Below, in pieces: positions 13,442-25,273 of a stretch of DNA of 64,000 nt (within the stretch, counting starts at the first letter, position 1; each line of letters begins with the position of its first letter). The notes under the pieces were generated by a model. That model had not been told where the DNA came from. It searched no databases and was given only the letters and a program-made list of their open reading frames with translations. Position numbers and translations under genes: made by a program. The DNA is from the human T2T-CHM13v2.0 reference genome, Homo sapiens: NCBI RefSeq assembly GCF_009914755.1, contig NC_060934.1. One strand, 5' to 3'.

Positions 13442-13887
13442 GCAGTTGTATTAATTCTGAGGGGATTTTGTCAAGAAATGAGATAGGAGAATAAGGGGAT
13501 TGGGAAATTGGCAAGCGTGATAGAAATATTGTTCTCTGGAATCTTAACTGGCTTAAAAAAAACCCACAAATAAAAGACAAGAGGAGGCTGCTAGCTAACA
13601 AGAAAGGAGATGGTTCCCAAGCCAGAAAGTGTTGGTGATGCTAAGCCATTGGTGCAGAAGGACCGATTGAAAGGACTGAGGGAAGGCTGAGGAAGAGAGA
13701 GGGATGTCTACATTTGGACTCATGAATACGGCAGTCATGGGCGATGACAGTGGTCTAGGAAGCACCAGAGGCAAGCTGATAAAGTGGAATGGAGGTGAAG
13801 GCACTGGAAATGAGCTGATGGAGGGACTGAGAACTCAAGGTATAGGACCTGAACGTCAAATTCAGTGGTAGTTAGGAATGGGTAACA

Positions 13888-14879
13888 TGACTTGGCCTGG
13901 TACAGTAGTCAAGTTCTCCAGAGAAACACAAGCAACTAGGAGATATATGTACACATATAGGTAAAGTTATTATGAGAACTAGCTCACGTGACTGTGGAGG
14001 CTGAGAAGTCCCTTGATCTGCCATCTGCATGCTAAAGAGCCAGGAAAGCTGGTGGTGCAATTCAGTCTGGGCCCAGAGGGCCAGGAGCCAGGAGCACTGA
14101 TGTCTGAGGGTGGGAGAGGGTGGGAGTCCTGGCTAGAACAGTAGGCAAATGCCCTTCCTCCTCATTTCTGCCCCATTTGGGCCCTCAACAGAGTGGCTGG
14201 CTGGTGCCTGACCACGCTGGTGAAGTGGCTCTGCTTACTCAGACCACCAATTCAAACACTAATCTCCTCCAATCACAGCCTCACAGTCACCCCCAGAAAT
14301 AACATGTTACCAGCTACCTGGGCATCCCTCAGTCCAGTCAAGTTGACACCTAAAATTAAATGACTACATCTGGTTTCCCCAGAAAGCATGGCCTGAAACG
14401 GAGGCAGGAGTGAAAGTGCTGTCCTGGAGCACAGTGTCCAGGGCACAGGAGCAAGGCGGGGGTGTGAAATAGGGAAAGAAGAAGAGCTGTGCAAAGTCTG
14501 TCATTGTGTCAGTCACTGCTGCAGGCAACTGTGTGCTTGATCCCAGGGACAGCGAAGGAGCTACATGACAGGGGTCTCAGGGATTTTTCTATAGAAGAGA
14601 AAGAGGGAAATGTTTATGCATCGGCTCCCATCCCCCATTGCTCAAAGAGCCCCACATAGGGTGTGATCTCCCTAAACTCTGTGTTGTGCACCTATGGGCA
14701 CTAAGCAGGTTCACAGGGAAACCCTGGGGCGGAACACCAGAGGCACATGGCATGGAGTTGAGGGTGGCTGTCTCCAGGTCGTATTGCGTGGAGGGGCTGG
14801 TTCCTACAGAGCATAGCTGGAATGAGTGGCAGGTGCAGCTGAGGGCATTTGATGGGGTGCCCCAGAGACGCTCCATGCA
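13888..14879 (-). mobile_element. LTR16-like 3' LTR of an ERVL provirus (split by MLT2B)
   Basis: Removing MLT2B reconstitutes tgacttggcctggtttccccagaaagca. It adjoins a PPT-like gtccaccc and the internal region. Confidence 0.6.
13901..14368 (-). mobile_element. MLT2B-like solo LTR nested in the end of an LTR16-like LTR
   Basis: agtcaagttctccagagaaaca...ccagtcaagttgacacctaaaattaaatgactaca. TSD cctgg/tctgg. Confidence 0.85.
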
Positions 14880-16660
14880 GTCCACCCAGGGACAGTCACA
14901 CCCACTCACGTTATCTGTTAAGTCCAATCTGCCACAGCATCAGTTTCAAGGCAGTGGCTGGCTATAACCTCTGCAAACATTTAACTTAAAAGTATCGGTG
15001 AAACAAGCTCCCGTCTCCACTAGTGCAGCTGACTGTGTGGCAATAACCAGTGTTTGCAGACTTCTCCTCCACCTCTGGGTCTGAAAGTCCCCCACACTAG
15101 CCAGTGCTTGGGCTGATCTGGGTAGCTTCTGGATTTGGGAACTTTGACCTTCAACCTTCTTACCCAGAATATCTAAGGCCTTGGTTGTCTTGCCCTTGTC
15201 AGGGGGCAGGGGCTGCAGTTGCCTGTTCACCATCCTCACTGGATATGGAGGCCACAAAGGGTACCCCAGGAAATCACTGCACTCCATATAAGACTCCTCC
15301 TTGAATCCATTAGGAAGTGGAAACTCTAGCTCCTCACAGCCATCGGGATCCAGGCCCTTCACCAGTTCCCTCTTGCCTGTTGGTTCACTGGCATCTGTGG
15401 CCCAAAGGTGACCGGGTGAGAGTCACGAATTTAAGCTGAGTAGAGGCCCTGTTGTGCTCACTTAGTAGAAGCTTTTCCCTTGACCACCACCTCCACCCCC
15501 TTTGCCACCCCTAACCCAGGGCCTCTGATCAGCCCAAACCTAAGGCTGCTGTGGCAGGAAGTGCACATTCCCCAGGGGTCATGGGGGTGGCCAGCCCTGC
15601 CCCTTGGCTCCTCCAGGAGTCTGTGTGGGTACACACCTCAGGTGCCTTCTCCATACAGATTGGTCAACTTCCAGTGTGGCCACAGCTCTGCCAACAGGGA
15701 GGAATTTCCTTCACTTTCGTCCTCCAGGGATTTGTGAGTAGCAGGCATGGGCAGTCTACTTTTGCTGGTTGGTGCTGACGCACAGGGCTGCCCTATGTTG
15801 CCCAGGCCCAGTTCCGTCCCATGGCAGCTAATTGCAGGGAAACCCTGGAGTTGGCCAATGCCAGCTGAGAGCAAGGTATCAGTGCAGCAGGCAGGGGCGC
15901 GGGAGCCTGGGCCATCTGTGCACATCATTTTCTCTTCCCCTGGGTCTGCTCGGGCTGGATCTTGAGCATCCCAGTTCCTGTGTGCAAAGGATTGCTGCCG
16001 TGCCCACCCAAGCTTATGGCACAGGGGGCATCCGACTGCATGCAGCCCTGCCTAGGAGCTCCTGTGGAGCCCAGCGTTGTGCCTGGAGTTGCTCTTCAAA
16101 TATGAGTAATTCCTGCCACAGAAGAGGCAGCCCTGCCCAGATCCCAGGGGCCCATGCTGCAGCTCTGCTACTGGGGCTTTCCAGAGACTGGAGCAGAGGC
16201 ATGCTCCATCGGATGCCGTGTGGCCTAGGGGCAAACTGCATACAGCCAGGGCCTGCAGTACAGCCTTTTCTGGCTCTGAGCCTCATGCAGAGTTGGCAGC
16301 TGACTAGGTCATGTGATAAATAGATCAGATCAGTACTTCCAGGTGTGGTTTATATGGCATCGGAAATCCACAAGGCCTGGCAAAAGCCAGATGCCGTCTT
16401 AGTGGTAGGGAGTACAAGGTGCAACAGCATGTCTTTCACCCCAGAAGAAACGTCCCAGCATCACCCAGACCACCGGACCTATGAACTTTGCAATGGGCAA
16501 AACTGCTTTGGGATCTGCTTCCACCTTCTGGGCCTCATGTGCTGTGAATACCAGTAGAGTATGTCATGCTTCCAAGTCAGAGGACTTGGGCTGCACTGGG
16601 TGCCTCTAGAGGAAAGGTCAATTGAGTTGTGATTTCCAGCATTAGGGTTCTCAAGGCACA
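14880..16660 (-). pseudogene. ERV-L internal pol remnant (RT end, RNase H, dUTPase; integrase apparently deleted)
   Basis: Minus-strand peptides resemble HERV-L pol: SLWKAPVAELQHGPLG, IFEEQLQAQRWA, EGNSSLLAEL, and GLDPDGCEELEFPLPNGFKEE...VNRQLQ (dUTPase GVIDPDY region). Multiple frameshifts and stops. Confidence 0.85.
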
Positions 16661-16669
16661 ATGCATTTA

Positions 16670-16810
16670 TTTCTATCTGAAGAATGGGACTATTAATGTC
16701 TTCCCTACAATCCTCCTACTGTTATTATGTGGGTCAAAAGAGGAAATACACAGGAAGCACTTTGTCAACTGTGAAGCATTGCTCAAATATTAAATGATTG
16801 ATATTATTAT
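16670..16810 (+). mobile_element. MIR SINE fragment
   Basis: Degenerate MIR core and 3' end. Confidence 0.55.
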
Positions 16811-18624
16811 CCTGTTCTAGATGTCTCATTGCTTTTTTTTTTTTTTTTTTTTTTTTTTTTTGGTGGGATTGGAGGCTTGAAGGAGGGGAAAGGCATGAGT
16901 TATGGTTGCCACTAACAGAGCTCAGGGCCAGAAAAATCCTGAAAATGAAGTGAACAGGGCAAACAGGGGCATGCTCCCATCCAGGTGAGCCTGTCCTGAA
17001 GCTTCCTCTACATTTCAGCTGGTGCCCTGGAATGGACAATTGAAGGGTGAAATGGAGCATTTCTAAGCCCTAATTATTTGACTGGTAGTTCCCTTAGGTG
17101 GAGCTATACCTACTCAAGCTGTAACCAAACTCACCCTGAATGGAAAGATGACCAAGCACTTCCTAAGCTCCATGTACTGCACGCGTGGCCTGCTCACTCC
17201 ATGAAGCGGGCCTCCAGGTCAAGGCCCTTGGAGCAGACCTCTGAGGAGAAGGTAAGATGTCGTCTAGAAACTCAGCAGCAGCACACTATTTTGGGCTGGG
17301 AGCTTGGTCTGGGATGGATTGGATTTTCCTGAGGTCTCATTTTTCCTTGAGTAGAAGGTGTGCCCCAGAGCAAGCAATTTGACTTGGGCACAGATGACCA
17401 AGTGCCTGGATTTCTGGGAATGACAACCGGAGCATCACAACAGGTTAATGACAATGACATAGGAAGAGGCTCCAGGAGCAAACCTTGGGGGGTTTGGCTT
17501 CAGGAGTGAGTTCTGTCTGGCCTCCCCCGCTCTGTTGCAGGGCTGCACCATAGTTGAAGATGGTCGGGGGCCAAGCTGCTCCCCTGTGCACCGGCTTTCT
17601 GGGAGCAAATGTATGCTGGAAATCCAAGCCTTTCTCTTGGCAGTGATTGAAGGAAATCACTGGAAATACAGTGGTATCCCTGGACACCGAACAAGCGTGA
17701 CTTATGGTATGCAATCTCAAAGCAACTTTTATTGTCAGAGTGCTGATTTTTATTTTTTCCTGGTCCTGGATAAAAACTCAGCAGTCCTTAAGTTTTATTG
17801 AAAAGAAAATTTAGAAATTAGAAATTAGAAAAATATAGAAGCACAATACTAGGATAATGTGAGATTATGAAAGCACACAGGGACATTCATGCAGAAGCTG
17901 AATAGTGAAGAAGGACTGAGGGCAAAAGTGGAAACATTCTTCTTTCCAGGGCTGAGCCTCATGGTTTTGTGCAGCTGACATTAGGCCTGGCCTGAGTAAA
18001 AAAAGTAAGTCTTCATGGGCGTTTAGGTGTCTGCAACTTTAGTGTGGTATATCTACCTATTTTCCCCAAAATCAATTTGCAGACTTTTGGAGAGAATAAT
18101 GATAAAATGAAAATAGCAAGGAAAAATAACACTTGTAAAAGATTAGGAACGAATTTGATGGCATATTACTGCCTTTTAAAATTAATGACAATTCTAAAGC
18201 TAGTATAAAATGGACTTTATTTAAATAAACCTGATCACATTGTAAATATCTTAAGAAGAAACAGTTTTCTTTGTATCATACTGTAATGTTAGTTTGCATG
18301 AAAAGCTCTGTGGTGCAGTGGCAAACAGGGCTAAGGATGTTTGCTGATGTCGCAGTGGAAGTATTAGGTATTGCATTGTAAGTAAAACATACACAGTAAA
18401 AGTTCACATGTCTGTAAACTATCCCCATATTATTCTAAATTTCATGGATTTTCAGTCTGAACTAGAAATCCACAGGGATCCTATCACTTGTAAACCTGGA
18501 GCTCGCTCCTGTCTTCACCCTGTCTGGCTGGTGTTTCATCTCAGAGAGTGATGTGGCTTTAAGGCAGAGGGCTCCAAGCAGATGGGCTGGCTGAGATGTT
18601 CAGTTTATTTGCTTTTGACCATGG

Positions 18625-18790
18625 AAAGTTATATCCCCTTTCCAAACCTATATCTTCACCTGTAAAATAAGGATAAAAAAATAGCACCTATTTCAAAGAG
18701 TAACTGTAAGAGAGAAATGAAACAATACACGTGATGTGCTTATTTGCATTGAGCCTAAAACTGAGGAGAGTTGATAAATGACACCTATTT
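18625..18790 (+). mobile_element. MIR SINE fragment
   Basis: cttcacctgtaaaataaggataa...gcacctatttcaaagag core. Confidence 0.6.
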
Positions 18791-19989
18791 CTATTTTTCC
18801 TCTTATGAGAGACTTTCATCAGAGTCTGAGTGAGCTGACTCAAACGACATTATAAAGCACCTGCTTTGTGCAAGACATGTGGGGATTTGGACCATCACAA
18901 TGATTTCAAAAAAAAAACAAAAAACAAAAAACAGAGAAATGGTAGAGGAGCAGCCGTTGGCACTTTAGGAGTGTGAAAAGCACAGCACACACATACAATG
19001 CATGCACCCACAGCCCATAAACATCCACACCCCCTCCCACGTGAATGCCAGAGCAGAGCGCTTGGCTCATCCACGTTCCCTGTGCTCCCCCCATTTTCCA
19101 GCCTCCCTCACAGTCAGGTCAGATGTTCCGCCCAGTGGCCTGTGGGCGGCTGTGAGAAGGGTCACCTCCAGGTTGAGCAGGTGGGAGCCCACAAGCTTCC
19201 TTTGTCTTTGCCGCTTTGACCTGGGAGGCCATGGACCTGGGTCACATAGAGCAAGGTGAAGGAGGCTGCCTGACTCAAATTGAATATTGTGTGAGAAATA
19301 AACTTTTGTATATTGCAATGGTGATACAGGGGTTGGTTTTAAGAGCTAGTTGAGTGTCAGTCATTCTGCGATGTTCATCAATTACCTAAAAGGTCTCAGC
19401 TCTTGAATGACCACTGAGTGAGAGAACAATATCCAACAGCTGCAAAAGCAGACAGCTCAGATAGGGTTTCAATAAATGATGCACCCATTAAGAGGCACCG
19501 CTGGAAAGACCATCCTGACAGTGAGCTCTTACAGCATCCACCCAGCCTGTATTTGGAGAAACCATCTTTTCCTTCCCACAGTGGCTTATGCCATGTTGGA
19601 GACCCTCGGAAACTGGATTCTTCCCTTATCGCCTTCTGGCCCTCCTGATGATTGAGCCTCATGACCCCCAAATCCAGACGTCCAGAACATGAGATGTGGC
19701 TTCTTGGCAGGAGGTAGTGAGGGATGTGCGAAAGATTCAGATGAGTCCCAGCCACAGGCAGAGGCTGTGACAAGGCAGCTGGGGATGGGCAGGACTGTTG
19801 CCGGACTGTCTACACAAGCCCATTGGAAAATAGCAACTTGTGGCATTTAGGCTGTGAACAGGATCAAAGGGGGTCAAAGTCTCCTAATGGCAACTGGGAA
19901 CAGGGAAGAGCTAAGAGGCTGGCAATTACAACATGGGCAAAGTGCAGGTCCACTCAAAACAGTAGCCAGCAGGTAGCCGTGTCTGCTGT

Positions 19990-20185
19990 GTGGTAAGCGT
20001 CTTACCTACATGATCTGTTTTGATCATCCTGATAACCTTATGAAGTAGGATTGATTACCTGTTAATGATGAAAAAACATTGAGGTTCAAAGATGGTAAGC
20101 AATTTGCCCAAGAATTACAGAATGATTAAATCTTGGAGCCAGATTCAAGATGAAATTCCTCAGACTCAAAAGCACTTACTCTCTT
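19990..20185 (-). mobile_element. MIR SINE
   Basis: aaccttatgaagtagg...ttgaggttcaaagatggtaagcaatttgcccaag. Confidence 0.7.
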
Positions 20186-22059
20186 CACTTGAGCTCATTG
20201 CATCCCAAGAAGGAAAAGACATGAAACAAAATGGATGGCTTAAGAAGCTGGCATGGCCATTACCTGTGTGACTTGGCAGGACATCATGTTGGGACTTCAG
20301 AAGGAGGCCAGTAGGAAGAGGAAGCTGGAAATAGATGTGGCAGAAGCAGCAGGATCCAGGCCAGGGTCGCTTTCGAAGGTGAAATCTATTCTGCTAGTCT
20401 GGGCAATGGTAGCAGTTTCCAGTACCTGCAGGTGGACTATGAGGCAGTGACATTCTCGTTCCACCTGATCTGTTTAGCACCTTGCTGGATGTGTAGGGCA
20501 GAGTCTCACCTCCTGAGAAGGGGTCTGGGCAGGACTGCACAGGGCATCATGCCTTCCACCTGGACCTCTGGGCAGGGCTCCAGGCCCTGCGGGTGGACTG
20601 GATGCAATTCGGAACATGGAGACAGACATGTTGCATTCCGACTAGGGAGACCTGGCAGAGCTTAGGGGACCCTGACAGTGCAGAGACTGTGAGGGAATCT
20701 AGGCTCGTCTTGGGCTGCATGGCCCCCCTGAGCAGCAGCAGGGACTGCTCTCTGGATGGCAGGGCTAAGCCTGCAGATTCTGGGGCTGCTGAGTGCCTAC
20801 AGCCTAGGGTTGCGGAGAAAGTAGCACCTGACACCGGTTCAGAGGAGACAACCTGCCACTCTCTGAGTTACAGGCTGCATTTCACTTCACTTGAGGGTCC
20901 GATTCCGGATGGAATATAGGGCCATTAGAGGCGAGGACTGAGGGTCGGTAAGGCTGGAAGATTTGTTGGAAGGTCAGTGATGTGGCTGTTGACGTGCATG
21001 AAAATGAAGATGATGAACCAGGTACCTGACATCCGGCAGTTTATAGACAGCAGATCCCTAAAAGGGTGGGGCAGGAGGCAAGGTAGCTGTCCCTCGATAC
21101 CTACAAGCTGTGAACAGAGTCCCCAGGACCCGTCCCTCTCTTGGGAACCACAAGCTGATGACTCTTTGGCTCCCACTGGTTTTGCTTGGCTTGCACAGGG
21201 TTAAAAGCTGAATTTAAATGTCCTGGGTGGGGCCTGTGTTTTCCAGGCCCACCAGTCCCATCCGATACCCAGACACCTTTACTCAGGTGCGCCACCTGCC
21301 TGGGTTGTGGGTGTCTGGGAACTGTCGCGGGAGTGCCGCCAGCCCGGTTTTGTTGTCCCATGCAGAGGCGGTGGTCCAGCCTCAGACTCTTAGCTGCAGG
21401 ACTGACAGTGAAGTGAGAGCATGCCTTGCCCTTCCCTGCCTCCCCTCTGCAAGCTGTTTCCCCAGGACAGGACCCAGAAATGCCCCCCCAGCAGCCCCAC
21501 CACCATCCTGCTCAATCTGGAAAGGGAGAGCAGAGAGGAAAAGAGGAGAGAGTTTGTGGAGAAACAGGGTGAGACAACGATTGGAAGTGGGCAGGGAAGA
21601 CCAAGGGAAAGATATGGCCTTCTCCTGGGAGTCCAGAAGTGATTGTTATGTCTGGGAGCTCCCAGACATGTATTTTCCAGGTCCTGGGATTTTAGTTACA
21701 AAGTTCTGCATGACCTGTGAGTGAGGTGGGCTGGTAGCACAGGGCTAGGAGTGATGGTTCACACACGATTCTTCAAGGGGCTGCTAGAGGGGCACCTCCG
21801 AGAGGGGGAGCTTCAGGGCCAGGGAAATACGAAGACCCGAGCAGAGCTGAATGAGTTAGAACAGGGGGAGGTTGTTCTTCTTCACTGCCCAGCCTGCCCC
21901 CATCCCAGCTGCCGGCACACGAGCTACTGAGACCCAGGCGTGTGGCCAATCCACAGGAGGTGGGCTGTGAGTGTGAAGTGCACGGCAGACACACACGAGC
22001 TCAAAGACCTGGCCTGAAGAGAAGAAAGCAACCGATCCCATTAATAAGTTATGTGAAGG

Positions 22060-22226
22060 TTACATGCTGAACTGATAATATTTTGGATGTATTAAGTTAA
22101 ATAAATTATATTACATGATTTTACTAGTTTCTCTTTACTGTTTTTTTTTTTTTTTTTTTTTTAGTGTGGCTCCTAGAACATTTGAAACTATGTATGTGCT
22201 TTGTATCACACTCTATTGGACAATAC
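22060..22226. mobile_element. MER33/MER3-like hAT-Charlie fragment with expanded poly-T
   Basis: tgataatattttggatgtatt...tgtggctcctagaacatttgaaac...ctattggaca. Confidence 0.65.
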
Positions 22227-22296
22227 TAATCTAGGCTCTTCTTAAAGCTCCAGGAGCAAAATATACAAACACAGAAGAAAACACACACGTGCACGT

Positions 22297-22298
<2 letters not shown>

Positions 22299-22336
<38 letters not shown>
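22299..22336. repeat. (AC)19 microsatellite
   Basis: Directly visible. Confidence 0.97.
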
Positions 22337-22339
<3 letters not shown>

Positions 22340-24495
22340 AGAGGGTTTCAGGCAGCTCCAGCAGCTGGAAGACAAGACTGCTTGAGATAAGTCTGTTGAA
22401 ACTGTGATAAATTAAAAAATAACGCAGACCACCCCCGGCCCTTGGGGAGCTCCTGCTAGTGCTCAGTCCCCATTGTGCCAGCGCCTGACTCCTCTTTTCC
22501 TGCCCTCGCCTCCAGCCCAGTTCAGGCTGCTTCCCACTTTCTGAACGCCACCACAGACTCAGGGTGTCAGATGTGCTGGGGGAAAACAAGCGCTTACATT
22601 TCAGAAATAAGAAATCTTTTTCTCAGGCTTTGGGGTTAATGGTATGAGAGTTTCTGCATTCCAGCTGCTGTGCTGGGTCTCTGGCAGGCCAGCTGTTCTC
22701 TGCTCCAATGGAAAACATAACTAAGTAGTCATTTCAGTGTGTAAAAAGTTCAGCAGAATTGTTGGAGCTATCACCATAAATCAGAAATGACTTTCTTTAG
22801 GGACTCGATTGCCACTTGATTTAGCATTTCCTGGCACCTTGCCTATCATAGAATGAAGCCATGATTGCTTCCTATACAGAATGTTATCTGTAAAACATCT
22901 CACCAGAAGCCCACAGAACGCTGACCAGCCTGCAAGTTTTGATAATCTATGGCTGGCCTTCGTATTGAGAATAAATTTGACAATGGGACCCATTGTTAAA
23001 TTAGATAATATATTTCATGGAACAGCTTCCAAATGAAAATGGGGTTCATACAGTTTTTTACATATCATTTGTTCCAGAAAAAGGAAAAATGGACTCTGTT
23101 CAAGGGAGAAAATTCAGTGAAATATTCATACTGTGAAATCTGAGAAATTATCCTAAGCAAACTACATGCTGACATGCTTTGTTACTGTATGAATGGGGAA
23201 ATGTGAATCGGCTGAGGGAAGGGTAGGGTGACAGCCGCATGATGGAAATGTCGAGAGTTCCCTTAGCTTAGTTCCTTACATGTAAAGAAGGAACAATGTA
23301 GTTGGGAAGGATCACGGGGAAGGTCTAGAAGACTCTCTCCAATGCCCTGTAGCTTTTCCTGGCATGTGCGCTGTCCAGAAGAGAGGCCCAGAGGGGAAGA
23401 GGGAGGCTGTAAGATTTGTAGGTAGAGATTCTGCCTTTCACAAAGCCAGGGAGGCACTAACCCCAGCTGACACTTGTCATGGGCTGTGAGCCATGAACAG
23501 GCCAAGAACAGGGGTGAACCTCGCTGGCGCTCAGCAGAGAACAAGGGCACTTCCAGGAAACTCCCAGTGGCTTCCAAACTGAGAAAAGAACCAAGGGCAG
23601 AGACGCTCCACTCAGGCCATCTCAGAACGGCTTGCTTCCTGGCTCCCGGGGCTGCTGAATCAGCATAGAGAACTGAGAACTCGGTCTTCTTCCCTGCCCC
23701 TTCCCTTGGGTCGGAATAACTCAGACCGGGATCCCCACTAATGGTTCTGGACAAACATTGCACTCCCTCTGTAATGTCGAGCACACAGATGAAAATCACC
23801 AGGAGAATGAGAAGATAGCACAGTTCAAAAGGAGGAAGCACTCTGAGGAATCAGGGGAAATATTTTCCTATAAAATATAGTTTCTGAAAGAGATGGGAAA
23901 ATTTTGAGAACACTTCTGATCTGTGTTTCCAATAAACTTCAAATGAGCATTTCTTCTATGAAATTCGAGTAGAGAACCATAAAGAAAAAAAACAAACAGG
24001 GTAGGGAAGGCTGTGAGATGATTTAAAAAATGTTCATTTCAGAAATGGAAACGGGGAAGGGGAGAGCAAAATGGACCTTTCAGTAAAAAAGGTTTTATAA
24101 GAGAGAAGTCAAATTTGACATCACAGAAGTCAGAGGAAGAGGATAAGAGAAGGTTAATTAGAGAAAATATAGGAAAAGCATGGGCTGAGATATATTTAAT
24201 TTATAAATATTAGGCATTCCAGAGAAAGAACCTCCAAAAGTGGAGCTATCATTAAAGAACTATTTGGTGGAAATTTTCCCAAGTTAAAGAAAGACTCTTC
24301 AGAAATCTAGACAAAATAATGAAGGGCTTTTTTTTGCCTAGACTTACCCTGATAATTTATTTTAATTTCAAGAAAAAGCCCCCACAAATTCAGTGAGGGT
24401 CAAGGCGATAAAACTTGGTTCCTGTTTCTTTGTAACACGAAGACAATGATCATCAGTTGCAGAAATGTGACCAAGAAAAGTATGGTGACCCACAT

Positions 24496-24625
24496 GGGGT
24501 TTCCAGATAAAATGCAGGATGCCCAGGCAATATTGGGGGCATTCTTATACCAGAAGCGTTATTTCATGTTTATCTGAAATTTAAATTGAAGTGTCTGTCC
24601 TGCATTCTCCCATTTTGGCTCCCCT
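24496..24625. mobile_element. MER53-like hAT MITE, internally deleted
   Basis: gggtttccagataaaatgcaggatgccca...gtttatctgaaatttaaattgaa...tcctgcatt, with inverted arms. Confidence 0.7.
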
Positions 24626-25107
24626 AGCTGCCATGCAGACATTGAGATCCCAGTGCAGAAAAGCTGCGTTCTCTTGTGAACTTGAGAAGTTCAGACCCCA
24701 TGTGAGGGTCTGGACAGACAACAGCCACAAAAAAATGCAAACAAGAAACATCTTAGTGAGTCATTTTTAAGCCAACTGAGTGAGGAATCAAAATATCAAA
24801 TCCAAAAATGGAGAATTCATGATATAAAATACTAATAAAAATAAACAAATAACCTCTTCCCCCCAAACAAACATAAACTATAGAACAAAATTAATGTAAT
24901 TCTCAATAGGACATTAAAACACAACAAGAATGCCAAAAATAATTTCCAAAAGAGGACACATGGTTAAAAATATTAACTAAGTAATAGTTATCTAGTTCAA
25001 ATAACCTACTGTATCACTAAAAATTGGGAATTGAATGGCCAGAAGACAAGATGTAAAAGTGGAGTATATTCCTCATATCACACAGAGAAGGATCAATTTA
25101 TATTGTC

Positions 25108-25273
25108 TTTTTTTTTTTTTTTTCCTGAAGAGGGGTCTTGCTCTGTTGCCCAAACTGAAGTGCAGTGGTGCAATCACAGCTTACTGTAACTTTGAACTCC
25201 TGGGCTCAAGTGATCCTCCTGCCTCAGCCTCCCAAAGCACTGGGATTGCAAGTGTGAGCCACTATGCCAGGCC
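25108..25273 (-). mobile_element. Alu monomer (FRAM/AluJ-type)
   Basis: Poly-T plus a single ~150-nt Alu arm ending ccaggcc; old diagnostic tcctgggctcaagtgatcctcc. Confidence 0.9.

Larger units (their letters stand above)
10560..13880 (-). mobile_element. Long L2 remnant interrupted by MLT2A, MER21, THE1A and a micro-L1
   Basis: Reverse L2 3' end (attcaacaaaagtttattga ~10605) and purine-rich antisense L2 text between the LTRs. Confidence 0.55.

Noticed and set aside
14946-16323. Possible domesticated ERV gene (138-163 aa ORFs)
   Set aside because: pol homology is scattered over several frames with degraded motifs; the plus-strand ORFs are antisense noise.
16833-16861. Poly-T run as a retrocopy tail
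   Set aside because: No adjacent Alu/L1 body or TSD.
23263-23841. Longest ORF in the track (192 aa, minus)
   Set aside because: No recognisable domain or splice context; consistent with a chance ORF.
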